NCBI GenBank assembly: GCA_964451305.1
Contig: CAYVHV010000014.1
Location: 345-64,344 of the forward strand
From: an uncultured Acidimicrobiales bacterium
GTDB taxonomy: Bacteria; Actinomycetota; Acidimicrobiia; Acidimicrobiales; SHLQ01
Direction of reading: 5' to 3'
DNA: 64,000 bases
Shown here piece after piece: positions 7,597 through 17,550 of this stretch. Made by a program: the position numbers and the translations under genes. The notes under the pieces are model-generated. The model searched no databases and had not been told where the DNA came from. It worked only from the letters and a program-made list of their open reading frames with translations. How positions within the stretch are numbered: position 1 is the stretch's first letter; each line of letters starts with the position of its first letter.

Positions 7597-9468
7597 GTGG
7601 CAGTAGTCGAGGATCGGGTTCAAACCAGTGCTTCAGGCACTGGAGCAAAGACAGTGGCGTCGCTTGCAAAGGGCTGGGCCGATCGTAAACCCAACCATGT
7701 AGCGTTTCGAGAAAAGAGTTTCGGCATCTGGCAGGAGTACTCCTGGGCCGATGCCTGGGAGCTCATCGAGGTCTCCGCTCACGCTCTGCTGTCACTCGGA
7801 GTTGAGGTTGGCGACCGGGTCACCATCCACGCAGAAGACCGCCCCGAGTGGATCATCGTGGACATCGCAACCGTCGCGCTTCGTGGAACGACCGTCGGTC
7901 TCTATCCAACAAACCCCGCCGCCGAAGTCGAATACACCATCTCGGACTCCGGCTCGGTCGTCCATATCGTCGAAGACCAAGAGCAAGTCGACAAAGTCTT
8001 CGATGCCGACCAAGACAAAATCTCGTCGGTGCGATCGCTCGTCTACCTCGAGCCTCGCGGTTTCGCGAACTTCACCGATGAGCGACTGATCTTCTGGGAG
8101 AACTTCCTCGATATGGGCCGCGAGCACCGCTCGCAGAACCCCGGAGCCGTTGCTTCCCGCATGGCCGAGGCCCAAGAGGACGACGTCATGACGTTCGTCT
8201 ACACCTCAGGCACAACTGGGCCGCCCAAAGGCGCGATGCTCACCAACGCGAACTCGATGTTCGCAATCGAGAAGGTCGTCGACGAGATCGACGCATATCC
8301 CGACCGAACCCCGCCAAACACCAAGGACCAGATCCTCACCTACCTGCCGCTCTGCCACGTTGCCGAGCGCATCTTCTCGACGTGGACGATGCTCGCTGGA
8401 GGACCGACGCTCAACTTCGCCGAATCCATCGAAACCGTCGCCCAGAACCTTCGCGAAGTGCAGCCGACGCTCTTCTTTGCCGTTCCTCGCATCTGGGAAC
8501 GCCTGCACGCCGGCGTGCAGATCCGCGGCGCCGATGCCACACGCTTCAAAGCCCTGTGGCTTGGTCTAGGGATGAAGGCCGCCGACTCGATCGGCCGAGC
8601 CAAGGTTGCCAACAACGGGAAGCACACCCCGGTCAGCCGGGTCATGCACGCGATCTTCTACCCGATCGTTTTCCGTGCGCTTCAAGAACGAGTTGGTTTG
8701 CGTCACTGCCGTCGCGCATCGAGCGGCGCAGCACCGATCGCACCCGAGGTGCTCCAGTTCTTCATGGGTATCGGCATCGAGGTCTACGAGCTCTACGGCA
8801 TGACCGAAAACTCGGCGGTGGCAACGGTGAACTACCCAGGCCGCCTCAAGCTCGGCACCGTCGGCGAACCCTATAAAGACATCGGCCTGCGTCTCGATGA
8901 AGAAACCAACGAGATCCAGACCAAGCACGCTGGCAACTTTGCGGGCTACTGGGGCAAGCCAGAGAAGACCGCGGAAACCTTCACCGAAGACGGATGGCTA
9001 AAGACGGGTGATGTTGGGGAGTGGGTCGACGGAACACACGTCAAGATCGTCGACCGCATGAAGGACATCATCATCACCTCCGGTGGCAAGAACATCTCGC
9101 CATCGGAGATCGAGAACACGATGAAAGCGTCGCCGTTCATCAAGGAGTGCATGGTCGTTGGTGACGGCCGCAAGTATCTCACCGCACTCGTGGCGATCGA
9201 ACTCGATGTCGTCGGTGCATGGGCGTTGCGACGCAACATTCCATACACCACCTATCGCGATCTCACGGAAAAGCCCGAGGTCATCGAACTCGTCCAAACA
9301 GCGGTCGATGAGACGAACGAGAAGTTCGCTCGTGTCGAAGGACTGAAGAAGTTCCGGATGATTCCAAAGGAACTCGACCATGAAGATGGCGAACTCACCG
9401 CAACGCAGAAGCTGAAGAGGTCCGCGATGATGGAGTTGTACGGCGATCTCGTGGAGTCGATGTACTAG
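7597..9468 (+). CDS. Long-chain acyl-CoA synthetase (AMP-binding)
   Basis: YTSGTTGPPKG, YGMTE, GWLKTGD, DRMKDIIITSGGKNI, ELTATQKLKR; GTG 7597 follows GGGGAGG. Confidence 0.93.
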   Translation: MAVVEDRVQTSASGTGAKTVASLAKGWADRKPNHVAFREKSFGIWQEYSWADAWELIEVSAHALLSLGVEVGDRVTIHAEDRPEWIIVDIATVALRGTTVGLYPTNPAAEVEYTISDSGSVVHIVEDQEQVDKVFDADQDKISSVRSLVYLEPRGFANFTDERLIFWENFLDMGREHRSQNPGAVASRMAEAQEDDVMTFVYTSGTTGPPKGAMLTNANSMFAIEKVVDEIDAYPDRTPPNTKDQILTYLPLCHVAERIFSTWTMLAGGPTLNFAESIETVAQNLREVQPTLFFAVPRIWERLHAGVQIRGADATRFKALWLGLGMKAADSIGRAKVANNGKHTPVSRVMHAIFYPIVFRALQERVGLRHCRRASSGAAPIAPEVLQFFMGIGIEVYELYGMTENSAVATVNYPGRLKLGTVGEPYKDIGLRLDEETNEIQTKHAGNFAGYWGKPEKTAETFTEDGWLKTGDVGEWVDGTHVKIVDRMKDIIITSGGKNISPSEIENTMKASPFIKECMVVGDGRKYLTALVAIELDVVGAWALRRNIPYTTYRDLTEKPEVIELVQTAVDETNEKFARVEGLKKFRMIPKELDHEDGELTATQKLKRSAMMELYGDLVESMY

Positions 9469-10826
9469 TGGTCTTCGGGATTCTCGCCCAAGCCGGTGAC
9501 GCCGGCTTTGTGGCCACGCTAATCAACACGATCATTCGAGGGCTTGCGATCGGTGGCGTCTATGCCATCATCGCCCTCGGTTTCGTCATCATCTTCAAAG
9601 CCACACAGGTCGTGAACTTTGCCCAAGGCGCCCTCGCTGCTGCCGGCGGCTTGTTCCTCTCGTTCTTGGTCTTTGACCAAGTGAGCGCCGATGCCCCACG
9701 AGGCCAAACCCCTGGCACGTGGTGGCGGGCGCCGTTCGCCGGCGACGGGCTTCCCGATGTCAACGACCAATGGGCGGCGTTCCTGCTCGTAGCCTTCGTG
9801 GCCGGGCTCGTCACGTCTCTGCTCGTCGGTCGCTCGATCCCAGGCCGAGCCTTGGTCGCGATGGTGGCCACGTTCCTCGCCTGCCGTTGGCTCGCAACCC
9901 GATCGGGTTTCACCTGGCTCGAACCACCACTGCTCAGCTTCGTCATCGCCTTGGCAGCCTTTTTCGGCGTTGCGCTCTACAAGGGCTGGCGCCCGAGCAC
10001 GGCGTTCGTTGGCGCATTTGGATTCGCGTTTGTGGTTCAGCTCATCATCGGCGTGATCAGCAACGAGTGGATCGACTGGTTCGGCAACCTCGGTATTGCG
10101 CTGCTGTTCGGTGCGCTGCTCGGTATTGCCCTTGAGCGTGCGGCAATTCGCCCGATGATCGGCGAGCCCTTGTTCTCGATGGCGGTTATCACACTCGGTC
10201 TAGAGATCGTGATCCGCCAAGTAGCGTCCGATTCGGTTCGAATCCTCAACCGCTCGGTGCTTGCACCGTGGGAGGGCGACCCGTTCGACCCAGAGTCCAC
10301 CGGTGGATTCGTGATCGGGGGAGCGTTCTTCAACTGGAGTTGGATCGCCATCCTCATCGCAGCCGGTTTGGCATTCGTTCTCGTCAACGTCTTCTACCGC
10401 TCCAAGCTCGGCGTTGCGATGCGTGCGGTGTCCTTCGATCAAGAGGCTGCAATGGCGCAGGGAATCAACGTTGGCCAGGTCTTCGCAATTGCGTGGGCCT
10501 TCGGAACAGCACTCGCTGTCCTCGGCGGCGTCTTTGCCACCCAGCCACCCATCTCCCAAGAAGGCAGTGTGACGATCACGACCGCACTCGTTGCCTTCCG
10601 TGCACTTCCGGCGGTCATCCTCGGCGGTCTCGACTCGGTGAAAGGCGCCCTGGTCGGCGGTGCGTTTATCGGGCTTGCCGAAGCCGCGGCTGGTCAGTAC
10701 CTCGCTCCATTCCAGAGCACGCTCGGCGCTGGCTACTCCCAGATCGTTCCATACGTCGTCATGTTGGCGGTGCTGCTCATCCGACCGTTTGGTCTGTACG
10801 GCACACCTGAAGTTCGGAGGGTCTGA
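9468..10826 (+). CDS. Branched-chain amino acid type ABC permease (LivH-like) with large hydrophobic insertion
   Basis: GGVYAIIALGFVIIFKATQVVNFAQG, SKLGVAMRA, AAMAQGINV, LGGLDS; 452 aa. Confidence 0.9.
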   Translation: MVFGILAQAGDAGFVATLINTIIRGLAIGGVYAIIALGFVIIFKATQVVNFAQGALAAAGGLFLSFLVFDQVSADAPRGQTPGTWWRAPFAGDGLPDVNDQWAAFLLVAFVAGLVTSLLVGRSIPGRALVAMVATFLACRWLATRSGFTWLEPPLLSFVIALAAFFGVALYKGWRPSTAFVGAFGFAFVVQLIIGVISNEWIDWFGNLGIALLFGALLGIALERAAIRPMIGEPLFSMAVITLGLEIVIRQVASDSVRILNRSVLAPWEGDPFDPESTGGFVIGGAFFNWSWIAILIAAGLAFVLVNVFYRSKLGVAMRAVSFDQEAAMAQGINVGQVFAIAWAFGTALAVLGGVFATQPPISQEGSVTITTALVAFRALPAVILGGLDSVKGALVGGAFIGLAEAAAGQYLAPFQSTLGAGYSQIVPYVVMLAVLLIRPFGLYGTPEVRRV

Positions 10827-10828
10827 TC

Positions 10829-12187
10829 ATGCAGGGACGTCCAAAGCTATTTACGTCATATGAGGCCGATGCCTCGATCTTCCCGACAAACCTTCAGCGT
10901 GGCCTTATCGCGACGTTGATCCTGATCCTGCTCTTGATGCCATTCGAGATCCCGTTCATCTCGGGGCCCGTTCCACGGGCATTCCCAGAGAGCTGGCCAA
11001 TCATTGGTAACCGGTTCACGATCCTGGGACAGATTCCGATCCTCAACGACGGTCTGCCATTCGCACGGTTCCTCGGCGACAACGCATGGCTGCGACCAAT
11101 GACGGAGGTCTTCATCTTCGCCGTTGCCGCACTCGGGCTCAATATCCTCGCCGGTGTCGCTGGACAGGTATCGCTCGGGCACGCCTTCTTCATGGGCGCC
11201 GGGGCATGTACCGCAGTTGTCCTCGGCGGTGCGCCAAGCGCCGATCCGCTTCGTTGGGGCTGGGAGCTTCCAATCTGGATCTGGCTGCCCGCAGCCGGAA
11301 TCGTCGCCGCCGGCGTCGGCATCTTGGTGTCGCCAACAGCGGTGAAACTGCGAGGGCTGTACCTCGGAATCGTGACCCTCGGTCTCGTCTTCATCGGTAT
11401 CCACCTCAGTCGTGTCTTCCCGCAGATTGCGGGCGACACCGAGTCCGGGCGTCGCTATCCAGAATTCGACGTTCGGATCTGGAAAGAAGAAACACCGTTG
11501 ATCGCCGTGTCCTCCGAGGACAGCGTCGGCGGATGGTTCGGACTCAACCGTTTCGATGTCACCGCCGAGCAGAAGACCTACATCTTCACCTTGCTCGTCG
11601 CCATCGTCATGACGGTGCTCGCCAAGAACATCGGCCGCTCTCGGACCGGCCGTGCCCTTCAGGCAATCCGAGACCGTGACATCGCAGCCGAAGTCATGGG
11701 CGTTGACGAGGCCAAGTACAAGCGAATCGCCTTCGCCATCTCGAGTGGGTACGCCGGAATTGCAGGTGCCATGTACGCGAGCTTCCTCGGGTTCGCTGCT
11801 GGTTCGGAATTCAGCTTGTTCCTCTCGGTCGAGTTCATCGCCATCTTGTTGATCGGCGGTGCAGGAACCGTCAGCGGAACCTTGCTCGGCACGTTCTTCG
11901 TCGTGATCCTGCCCGAGATGGTCGAGCAGTTCACCGAGTTTCTCGAAGACGCAGACGGAGGGGTCACCGGTGCGGTTGGTGACTTCCTCCTGACGGCTGG
12001 ACCGGGAGACTTCGGTCCAATTTCAACCGAGGCGGTCAGTCCGGGCTGGGCATTAGGAATCTTCGATTGGAACGTCGTCATCTACGGCGCGCTGATCGTC
12101 GTCTTCCTCATCTTCGAGCCACTTGGACTGTTCGGAATTTGGCTCAAGATTCGCAACTACTGGAAGGGCTGGCCCTTCACCTACTAA
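10829..12187 (+). CDS. Branched-chain amino acid type ABC permease (LivM-like)
   Basis: GLNILAGVAGQVSLGHAFF, LRGLYLGIVTL, SRTGRALQAIRDRDIAAEVMGV, FEPLGL. Confidence 0.92.
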   Translation: MQGRPKLFTSYEADASIFPTNLQRGLIATLILILLLMPFEIPFISGPVPRAFPESWPIIGNRFTILGQIPILNDGLPFARFLGDNAWLRPMTEVFIFAVAALGLNILAGVAGQVSLGHAFFMGAGACTAVVLGGAPSADPLRWGWELPIWIWLPAAGIVAAGVGILVSPTAVKLRGLYLGIVTLGLVFIGIHLSRVFPQIAGDTESGRRYPEFDVRIWKEETPLIAVSSEDSVGGWFGLNRFDVTAEQKTYIFTLLVAIVMTVLAKNIGRSRTGRALQAIRDRDIAAEVMGVDEAKYKRIAFAISSGYAGIAGAMYASFLGFAAGSEFSLFLSVEFIAILLIGGAGTVSGTLLGTFFVVILPEMVEQFTEFLEDADGGVTGAVGDFLLTAGPGDFGPISTEAVSPGWALGIFDWNVVIYGALIVVFLIFEPLGLFGIWLKIRNYWKGWPFTY

Positions 12188-12344
12188 TCGAAACGGCGGT
12201 GGGTCTGGACGTGGCGATGCACTCGCTGAACCGGGTTCGACCAAGATGATCTTTGAGAAGTCGAACTTCTCAAGAAATGCAATACACACAAGCAACACAC
12301 AAAGCAGATGTCGGTAACGGGATCTCAACCCTGGGAGGGGAACC

Positions 12345-13805
12345 ATGAAACGAATGCGTTGGTTGGCATTGATTGCCATCTTCAGCCTGTTGGCGGTCGC
12401 ATGTAGCGCTGCCGAAGAGGCCGCCGAAACTGCGACAGATGCCGCAGGCGAAGTCACCGAAGAGGTCGAAGAGGCCGTCGACGGTGATGATGACGAAGAA
12501 GAAGAAGCCATGGAAGACGAAGAAGAAGAAGCCATGGAAGACGAGGACGGTGAAGAGGCAGGCGGCGACGTCGTTCCTGCGAGCACCGACTTCGGCGCAA
12601 ACGACGAAGCCATTCGCGTTGGGCTGTCCGCTGACCTCTCCGGACCATTCGCTGGTCTCACATCGGTCATCGTTCAAGCCCAAGAGGCCTACTTCGATCG
12701 TGTGAACGAGAACGGTGGCATCGGCGGACGTGAAGTTGAGCTGGTAACGCTCGACAACGCGTACGAGGTTCCAACCCAGCTCGACAACTATGCAGAACTC
12801 GCCGAAGAAAGCGAAGACGGCGTGGTCATGATCAGCCAGTCGACCGGCTCACCACACACCACTGCAATTGCTGAGGATCTCGAGAACGACGACCTCATCG
12901 CAATTCCACTGTCGTGGTACTCCGGTTGGGCAACCGAACTCGGTACCAACGTGTTCGAGCTCTACACCAACTACTGCTTCGAAAGCATGAACGGCGTTGA
13001 GTTCCTCGCCGAGCAGTCCGGAATCGACTCACCAACCGTCGCTATCGTCTCTCGCCCAGGCGAGTACGGACAGGACGGCGCAGCAGGAGCACGAATCGCA
13101 GCTGAAGCTCTCGGCCTCGAAATCGTTGTTGACCTCGAAGGCGCAATCGCTGGTGAAGACTTCACCCCGGTCATCTCCGAGCTGGTCGCCGGATCACCAG
13201 ACATCGTGTGGATTACCTCCGCACCTGGTGAACTCGCACAGATCCTCGGCGGCGCAGCGGCAGGCGGCCTCCAGGCCCTCTGGTCAGGTAACTCACCGAG
13301 CTACAACGTTGCGCTCCTCGATACCGCAGTTGCACCTGCCCTCGATGCGTTCTACTTCCACAGTTCATATGCAGCACTGTGGGACTCGAACGACTCCCCA
13401 GGCATGCAGGACATGGTTGCTGAGCTTCAGGCTCGTATTCCAGACGGAAACTTCGCCCAGGCCGACACCTACGTGTTGGGTTGGACCGAAGCAATCTTCA
13501 CCGAAGCTGTGCTCCAGCAGGCAACCGACAACGGTGACCTGACTCGTGCAGGCGTCGTTGCAGCAGCCAACGAGGTCGAGGTCGACTTCCAGGGTCTCGC
13601 TCCTAGCCAGACCTGGCAGGGCGATCCAAACGACTTCGCTATCCGTGCAAGCTTCATCTACGACGTCGTGCTCGCAGACGCCACCATCACCGCACCGATC
13701 ACCGGTGAGGGCTCGAGTGGCCTCTCTGTTGTACGTGACAACTTCACCGGCGACGTAGCCGCTGGATTTGAATTCACCGAGGCCTGCTTCCTCTCCGAGG
13801 GCTGA
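12345..13805 (+). CDS. ABC transporter substrate-binding lipoprotein (LivJ/PBP1 family) with acidic linker
   Basis: Lipobox LAVAC, DLSGPFA, NENGGIGGREVEL, GSPHT; GGGAGG RBS. Confidence 0.9.
   Translation: MKRMRWLALIAIFSLLAVACSAAEEAAETATDAAGEVTEEVEEAVDGDDDEEEEAMEDEEEEAMEDEDGEEAGGDVVPASTDFGANDEAIRVGLSADLSGPFAGLTSVIVQAQEAYFDRVNENGGIGGREVELVTLDNAYEVPTQLDNYAELAEESEDGVVMISQSTGSPHTTAIAEDLENDDLIAIPLSWYSGWATELGTNVFELYTNYCFESMNGVEFLAEQSGIDSPTVAIVSRPGEYGQDGAAGARIAAEALGLEIVVDLEGAIAGEDFTPVISELVAGSPDIVWITSAPGELAQILGGAAAGGLQALWSGNSPSYNVALLDTAVAPALDAFYFHSSYAALWDSNDSPGMQDMVAELQARIPDGNFAQADTYVLGWTEAIFTEAVLQQATDNGDLTRAGVVAAANEVEVDFQGLAPSQTWQGDPNDFAIRASFIYDVVLADATITAPITGEGSSGLSVVRDNFTGDVAAGFEFTEACFLSEG
12492..12544 (+). 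repeat. 24-bp in-frame tandem repeat (about 2.2 copies) encoding DEEEEAME
   Basis: gacgaagaagaagaagccatggaa at 12492 and 12516, partial third copy at 12540. Confidence 0.9.
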
Positions 13806-13824
13806 TCTCAAAAGTGTGTATGCA

Positions 13825-13856
13825 TCCCGGCCGGGCGGTTCGCCGCCCGGCCGGGA
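13825..13856 (+). terminator. 14-bp GC stem with UUCG loop after the SBP gene (terminator or mRNA stabiliser)
   Basis: tcccggccgggcgg-ttcg-ccgcccggccggga; no U-tract. Confidence 0.75.
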
Positions 13857-13922
13857 CGACACAAGTTCTGTATCTAACCGCTAGTGAAACCACCCGGCGT
13901 TCCGCCGGAACCGGAGAGCCAA

Positions 13923-14720
13923 ATGCTTGAAGTCGCCAACCTTGAAGTGGTCTACAACGATGTTGTTCTGGTGTTGCGCGGGCTCTCTATTGAAGTCCCC
14001 GATGGCCAGATCGTTGCCCTGCTGGGCGGAAATGGCGCCGGGAAGACCACGACGTTGCGAGCCATCAGTGGCCTGCTCGGTGTTCACGAAGGCGTCGCGA
14101 CCAAAGGGACAATCACCTGGAACGGCGACGACATCACCAAGGCCAACCCAGCCGATATCGTCAAGTCCGGCATTACCCAGGTAATGGAAGGACGACGTGT
14201 CTTTGCCGAGCTGACCGTCGATGAGAACCTTCAAACCGGAGGCTTCACGAACCACGACAAAGAGTCGGTGCAAGAGGCCTATGACCGCACGATGGAGCTG
14301 TTCCCGGTTCTTCACGAACGTCGCAGCTCGCTCGCCGGATACCTTTCTGGCGGCGAACAGCAGATGCTCGCCATCGGGCGCGCCATGATGGCAAACCCAA
14401 AGCTGCTCATCCTCGATGAGCCGTCACTCGGCCTTGCACCCCTGCTGGTGGAGCAGATCAGAGACATCGTGGTCGACATCAACAAGTCGGGCGTCAGCGT
14501 CTTGCTCATCGAGCAGAACGCGGCGATGGCCCTGTCGATTGCCGACTACGGCTACATCATGGAGAACGGCAAGATCGTGCTCGATGATCCCGCCGAAAAA
14601 CTCCGCCAGGACGAAGATGTCCAGGAGTTCTACCTCGGCCTCCACACCGACGAATCGGGGGAGCGCAAGAGCTTCCGCGATGTGAAGCACTACAAGCGCC
14701 GCAAGCGCTGGCTCTCGTAA
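13923..14720 (+). CDS. ABC ATP-binding protein (LivF-like)
   Basis: GGNGAGKTT, LSGGEQQMLAIGRA, LDEPSLGLAP, IEQNA; GGAGAG before ATG 13923. Confidence 0.95.
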   Translation: MLEVANLEVVYNDVVLVLRGLSIEVPDGQIVALLGGNGAGKTTTLRAISGLLGVHEGVATKGTITWNGDDITKANPADIVKSGITQVMEGRRVFAELTVDENLQTGGFTNHDKESVQEAYDRTMELFPVLHERRSSLAGYLSGGEQQMLAIGRAMMANPKLLILDEPSLGLAPLLVEQIRDIVVDINKSGVSVLLIEQNAAMALSIADYGYIMENGKIVLDDPAEKLRQDEDVQEFYLGLHTDESGERKSFRDVKHYKRRKRWLS

Positions 14721-14746
14721 CGACTCGAATAGGAACCCTTTCTTTC

Positions 14747-15523
14747 ATGAGCGATCATCTCCTCGTCGTCGACGACATCACCCTTCGGTTCGGCGGCGTG
14801 ACCGCAATCAACGGCGTGAGCTTTCACGTCGACGACGGTGAACTGTTCTCCATCATTGGACCCAACGGCGCCGGAAAGACCTCGATCTTCAACACACTGT
14901 CTCAGGTGTACCGCCCTCAAGAAGGCGACATCATATGGCAGGGCCAGTCGATCATGGGCCAGCGGCCCGACAAGGTGGCTGGAATGGGCATTGCTCGCAC
15001 GTTCCAGAACATCGAGTTGTTCGCAAACATGACCGTCGTCGACAACCTGCTCACCGGCCGTCACGTTCGGATGAACAGTTCCTGGCTCGCGGGAGCATTC
15101 TGGCTGGGCCCTGCACGCAAAGAAGAGATGGAGAATCGACGTCGCGTCGAAGACATCATCGACTTCCTCGAGATTCAAGCCTTCCGTAAGAGCCCGGTTG
15201 CATTGCTGCCGTACGGCATTCAGAAGCGAGTCGAACTCGGACGAGCGCTCGCGATGGACCCGGTCCTTCTTCTTCTCGACGAGCCGGTCGCGGGCATGAA
15301 CCAGGAAGAGACCGAAGATATGGCTCGGTTCATCCTCGACATCCGCCGCGAGCTCGGTATTGCCATGATCATGGTCGAACACGACATGGGCCTCGTCATG
15401 GATATTGCAGACCGCATCATGGTCCTCGACTTCGGCCAGAAGATCGCCGAAGGCCTCCCAGACGAAATCCAGTCGAACCCAGACGTGATCGCCGCGTACC
15501 TGGGCGGCGAGCTCAGCGCCTGA
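14747..15523 (+). CDS. ABC ATP-binding protein (LivG-like)
   Basis: GPNGAGKTS, ARTFQN, LPYGIQKRVELGRAL, LDEPVAG, EHDM, VIAAYLG. Confidence 0.95.
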   Translation: MSDHLLVVDDITLRFGGVTAINGVSFHVDDGELFSIIGPNGAGKTSIFNTLSQVYRPQEGDIIWQGQSIMGQRPDKVAGMGIARTFQNIELFANMTVVDNLLTGRHVRMNSSWLAGAFWLGPARKEEMENRRRVEDIIDFLEIQAFRKSPVALLPYGIQKRVELGRALAMDPVLLLLDEPVAGMNQEETEDMARFILDIRRELGIAMIMVEHDMGLVMDIADRIMVLDFGQKIAEGLPDEIQSNPDVIAAYLGGELSA

Positions 15524-15582
15524 GCGACGCTCACGCACGCGCTCTCTTGGCCTTGGGGCCAGTGCTAGGGCAGAATGACGCT

Positions 15583-16680
15583 GTGAGCACTCTCAACCTT
15601 GACCTTTTGGCGACCGCTGCGTTGGCGGGCGAAGATCTGACCGCAGAGCGGGCAGAGCAGATCCTCCTCGACCCCGAGATCGACCTGCTTCCGCTGGTTA
15701 ATGCGGCGTATCGAGTTCGCTTCGCACGCTGGGGCAAGACGGTGCAGGTGCACATCTTGAACAACGCGGCGAACGGCAAATGCCCCGAGGACTGCTCGTA
15801 CTGCACACAGGGGAAGAACTCATCGGTTCCGATCGAGGAGTACCCGATGAAGACCTCCGACGAGATTATGGATGAAGCACGGCTCGCCTACGAGAACGGT
15901 GCGTTCCGGTATTGCATGGTGTTCTCGGGACGAGGGCCGTCGACGACTCGCACAGAGGAGCTGGCGTCGCTCGTCCGCGATATCAAAGCGAAGTATCCGC
16001 TCGAAGTATGTGTCTCGGCTGGGCTGCTCGACGATGCGAAGGCCGAGGTTCTCGCCGACGCAGGGCTGGACCGTCTCAACCACAACCTGAACACCTCAGA
16101 AGAGCACTACGCCGAGATCTGCACAACGCACACCTATCAGGACCGTCTCAACACACTCAAGGCTGCCAAGCGCAACGGGATTGAGATGTGCTCGGGCCTT
16201 ATTGCCGGAATGGGCGAACCAGCGTCTGATCTCGTCGAGATCGCTCAGACGCTTCGAAGCCTTGAAGCCGAGTCGATCCCGGTCAACTTCTTGTTGCCCT
16301 TCGAGGGCAACGATCTCGTCGAGCCTCAGGGCCTCACCCCCGAGTACTGCTTGCGAGTCCTGTGCATGTTCCGCTTCACCAACCCAACCGCAGAGATCCG
16401 GGTCGCTGCGGGCCGTGAGTTTCACTTGCGCTCGCTCGAACCGTTGGCCCTGTACCCGGCAAACTCACTGTTCCTCGAGGGCTACCTCAACGCAAAGGGT
16501 GCAGCCTCAAACCGCACCTATGAGATGATCACCGATGCTGGATTTGAGATCGTCAGTGACTTCTCGGCTGAAGCGCTCGTCGACTCGGCCGAAAAGACAG
16601 CGAACGAGCACCCCGTAGAGATCGGTGGGAAGTCGGTGGTCAAGACGATCGACGACCTCCGGCCGAGCTTGCAGCCGTAA
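15583..16680 (+). CDS. bioB: Biotin synthase (radical SAM)
   Basis: CPEDCSYCTQ, NHNLNTS, THTYQDRL, CSGLIAGMGE, IPVNFL, IRVAAGRE; GTG 6 nt after CAGAAT. Confidence 0.93.
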   Translation: MSTLNLDLLATAALAGEDLTAERAEQILLDPEIDLLPLVNAAYRVRFARWGKTVQVHILNNAANGKCPEDCSYCTQGKNSSVPIEEYPMKTSDEIMDEARLAYENGAFRYCMVFSGRGPSTTRTEELASLVRDIKAKYPLEVCVSAGLLDDAKAEVLADAGLDRLNHNLNTSEEHYAEICTTHTYQDRLNTLKAAKRNGIEMCSGLIAGMGEPASDLVEIAQTLRSLEAESIPVNFLLPFEGNDLVEPQGLTPEYCLRVLCMFRFTNPTAEIRVAAGREFHLRSLEPLALYPANSLFLEGYLNAKGAASNRTYEMITDAGFEIVSDFSAEALVDSAEKTANEHPVEIGGKSVVKTIDDLRPSLQP

Positions 16681-16690
16681 CCCCGGTCTT

Positions 16691-17122
16691 TCAGGCTCGG
16701 GCCGAATCGGGAATGGCATAGGAGATCGTCGCGTGGGCCACGGGGCGGTCCGGTTCGCCGTCGATCGTCATGATGATGTCGCCGAAGATCATGTTGCGAC
16801 CGCGCTTGATCTGACGGGCTTGAGCGATCACATCGCCCCCGATCGCTGGGCGAACGAAGGTGATGTGCACGTCCCAGGTCACCGCCATTGGGGTGATGCC
16901 TTCGGTCGTGAACGTGAGCACCCACCCGCACAGGTCGGCAACGTTGAACAGCGTCGGACCAGAGATGTACCCGCCGGGCCGCAACGCCGCTTCGTCATAC
17001 ACCCAGCGCACCCGGACATCGTCGGGGTCGGTCTTCTCGATCACGATGGGCGTGTGTTTGGCGAAGTCGCCGAGCGACGTCATGAAGTCTGTGACTTCTT
17101 CAGGAGTGACCTTCGATTCCAT
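16691..17122 (-). CDS. PaaI-family hotdog thioesterase
   Basis: LRPGGYISGPTLFNVAD, MAVTWDVHITFVRP, PVAHATISYAIP; true start ATG 17122 lies inside the longer ORF. Confidence 0.88.
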   Translation of the reverse strand: MESKVTPEEVTDFMTSLGDFAKHTPIVIEKTDPDDVRVRWVYDEAALRPGGYISGPTLFNVADLCGWVLTFTTEGITPMAVTWDVHITFVRPAIGGDVIAQARQIKRGRNMIFGDIIMTIDGEPDRPVAHATISYAIPDSARA

Positions 17123-17135
17123 GAGTTCTCGCTCT

Positions 17136-17528
17136 CTAGCGTTTGGGGACGGTTCTGGTGCGACCCCGGAAATGGGCGACCGTTTCGTTTCGTTGGTTTG
17201 TGATCGTGACGTCGACAAGGCCGGTCCGGCCCCACTGGCCGACCCGCTCGCCGGTTGCGGTGAGGTCGTCGTCGACCATCGCTGCTCGCACGTAATCGAT
17301 CTCGGCGTGGGCGGCGAACGCCACCTGGTCATCGGGAAGTGGCCCGTTCGTCGTGTAGTCCATGACCGCGTCGGCGAGTAGGAACAGCAACCCGCCATGG
17401 CACACACCATGGCTATTGACCATTTCAGGACCGACCGTCATCGATGCGGTCACAAATGATGCATCACCCTGACCGCGGCGAGAAACGTCGATTCCGTAGT
17501 GTTCGACGGCGGGGTCGGATCCGTGCAT
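17136..17528 (-). CDS. PaaI-like acyl-CoA thioesterase
   Basis: MVNSHGVCHGGLLFLLAD, GRTGLVDVTITNQ, VAHFRGRTR. Confidence 0.88.
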   Translation of the reverse strand: MHGSDPAVEHYGIDVSRRGQGDASFVTASMTVGPEMVNSHGVCHGGLLFLLADAVMDYTTNGPLPDDQVAFAAHAEIDYVRAAMVDDDLTATGERVGQWGRTGLVDVTITNQRNETVAHFRGRTRTVPKR

Positions 17529-17550
17529 TGGGCGAGCCTAGTCTGTGGCC
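17529..17550. promoter_or_regulatory. Bidirectional leaderless promoter with overlapping -10 hexamers
   Basis: Plus strand TAGTCT (17539-17544)-N6-ATG 17551; minus strand TAGGCT (17540-17535)-N6-ATG 17528. Confidence 0.7.
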
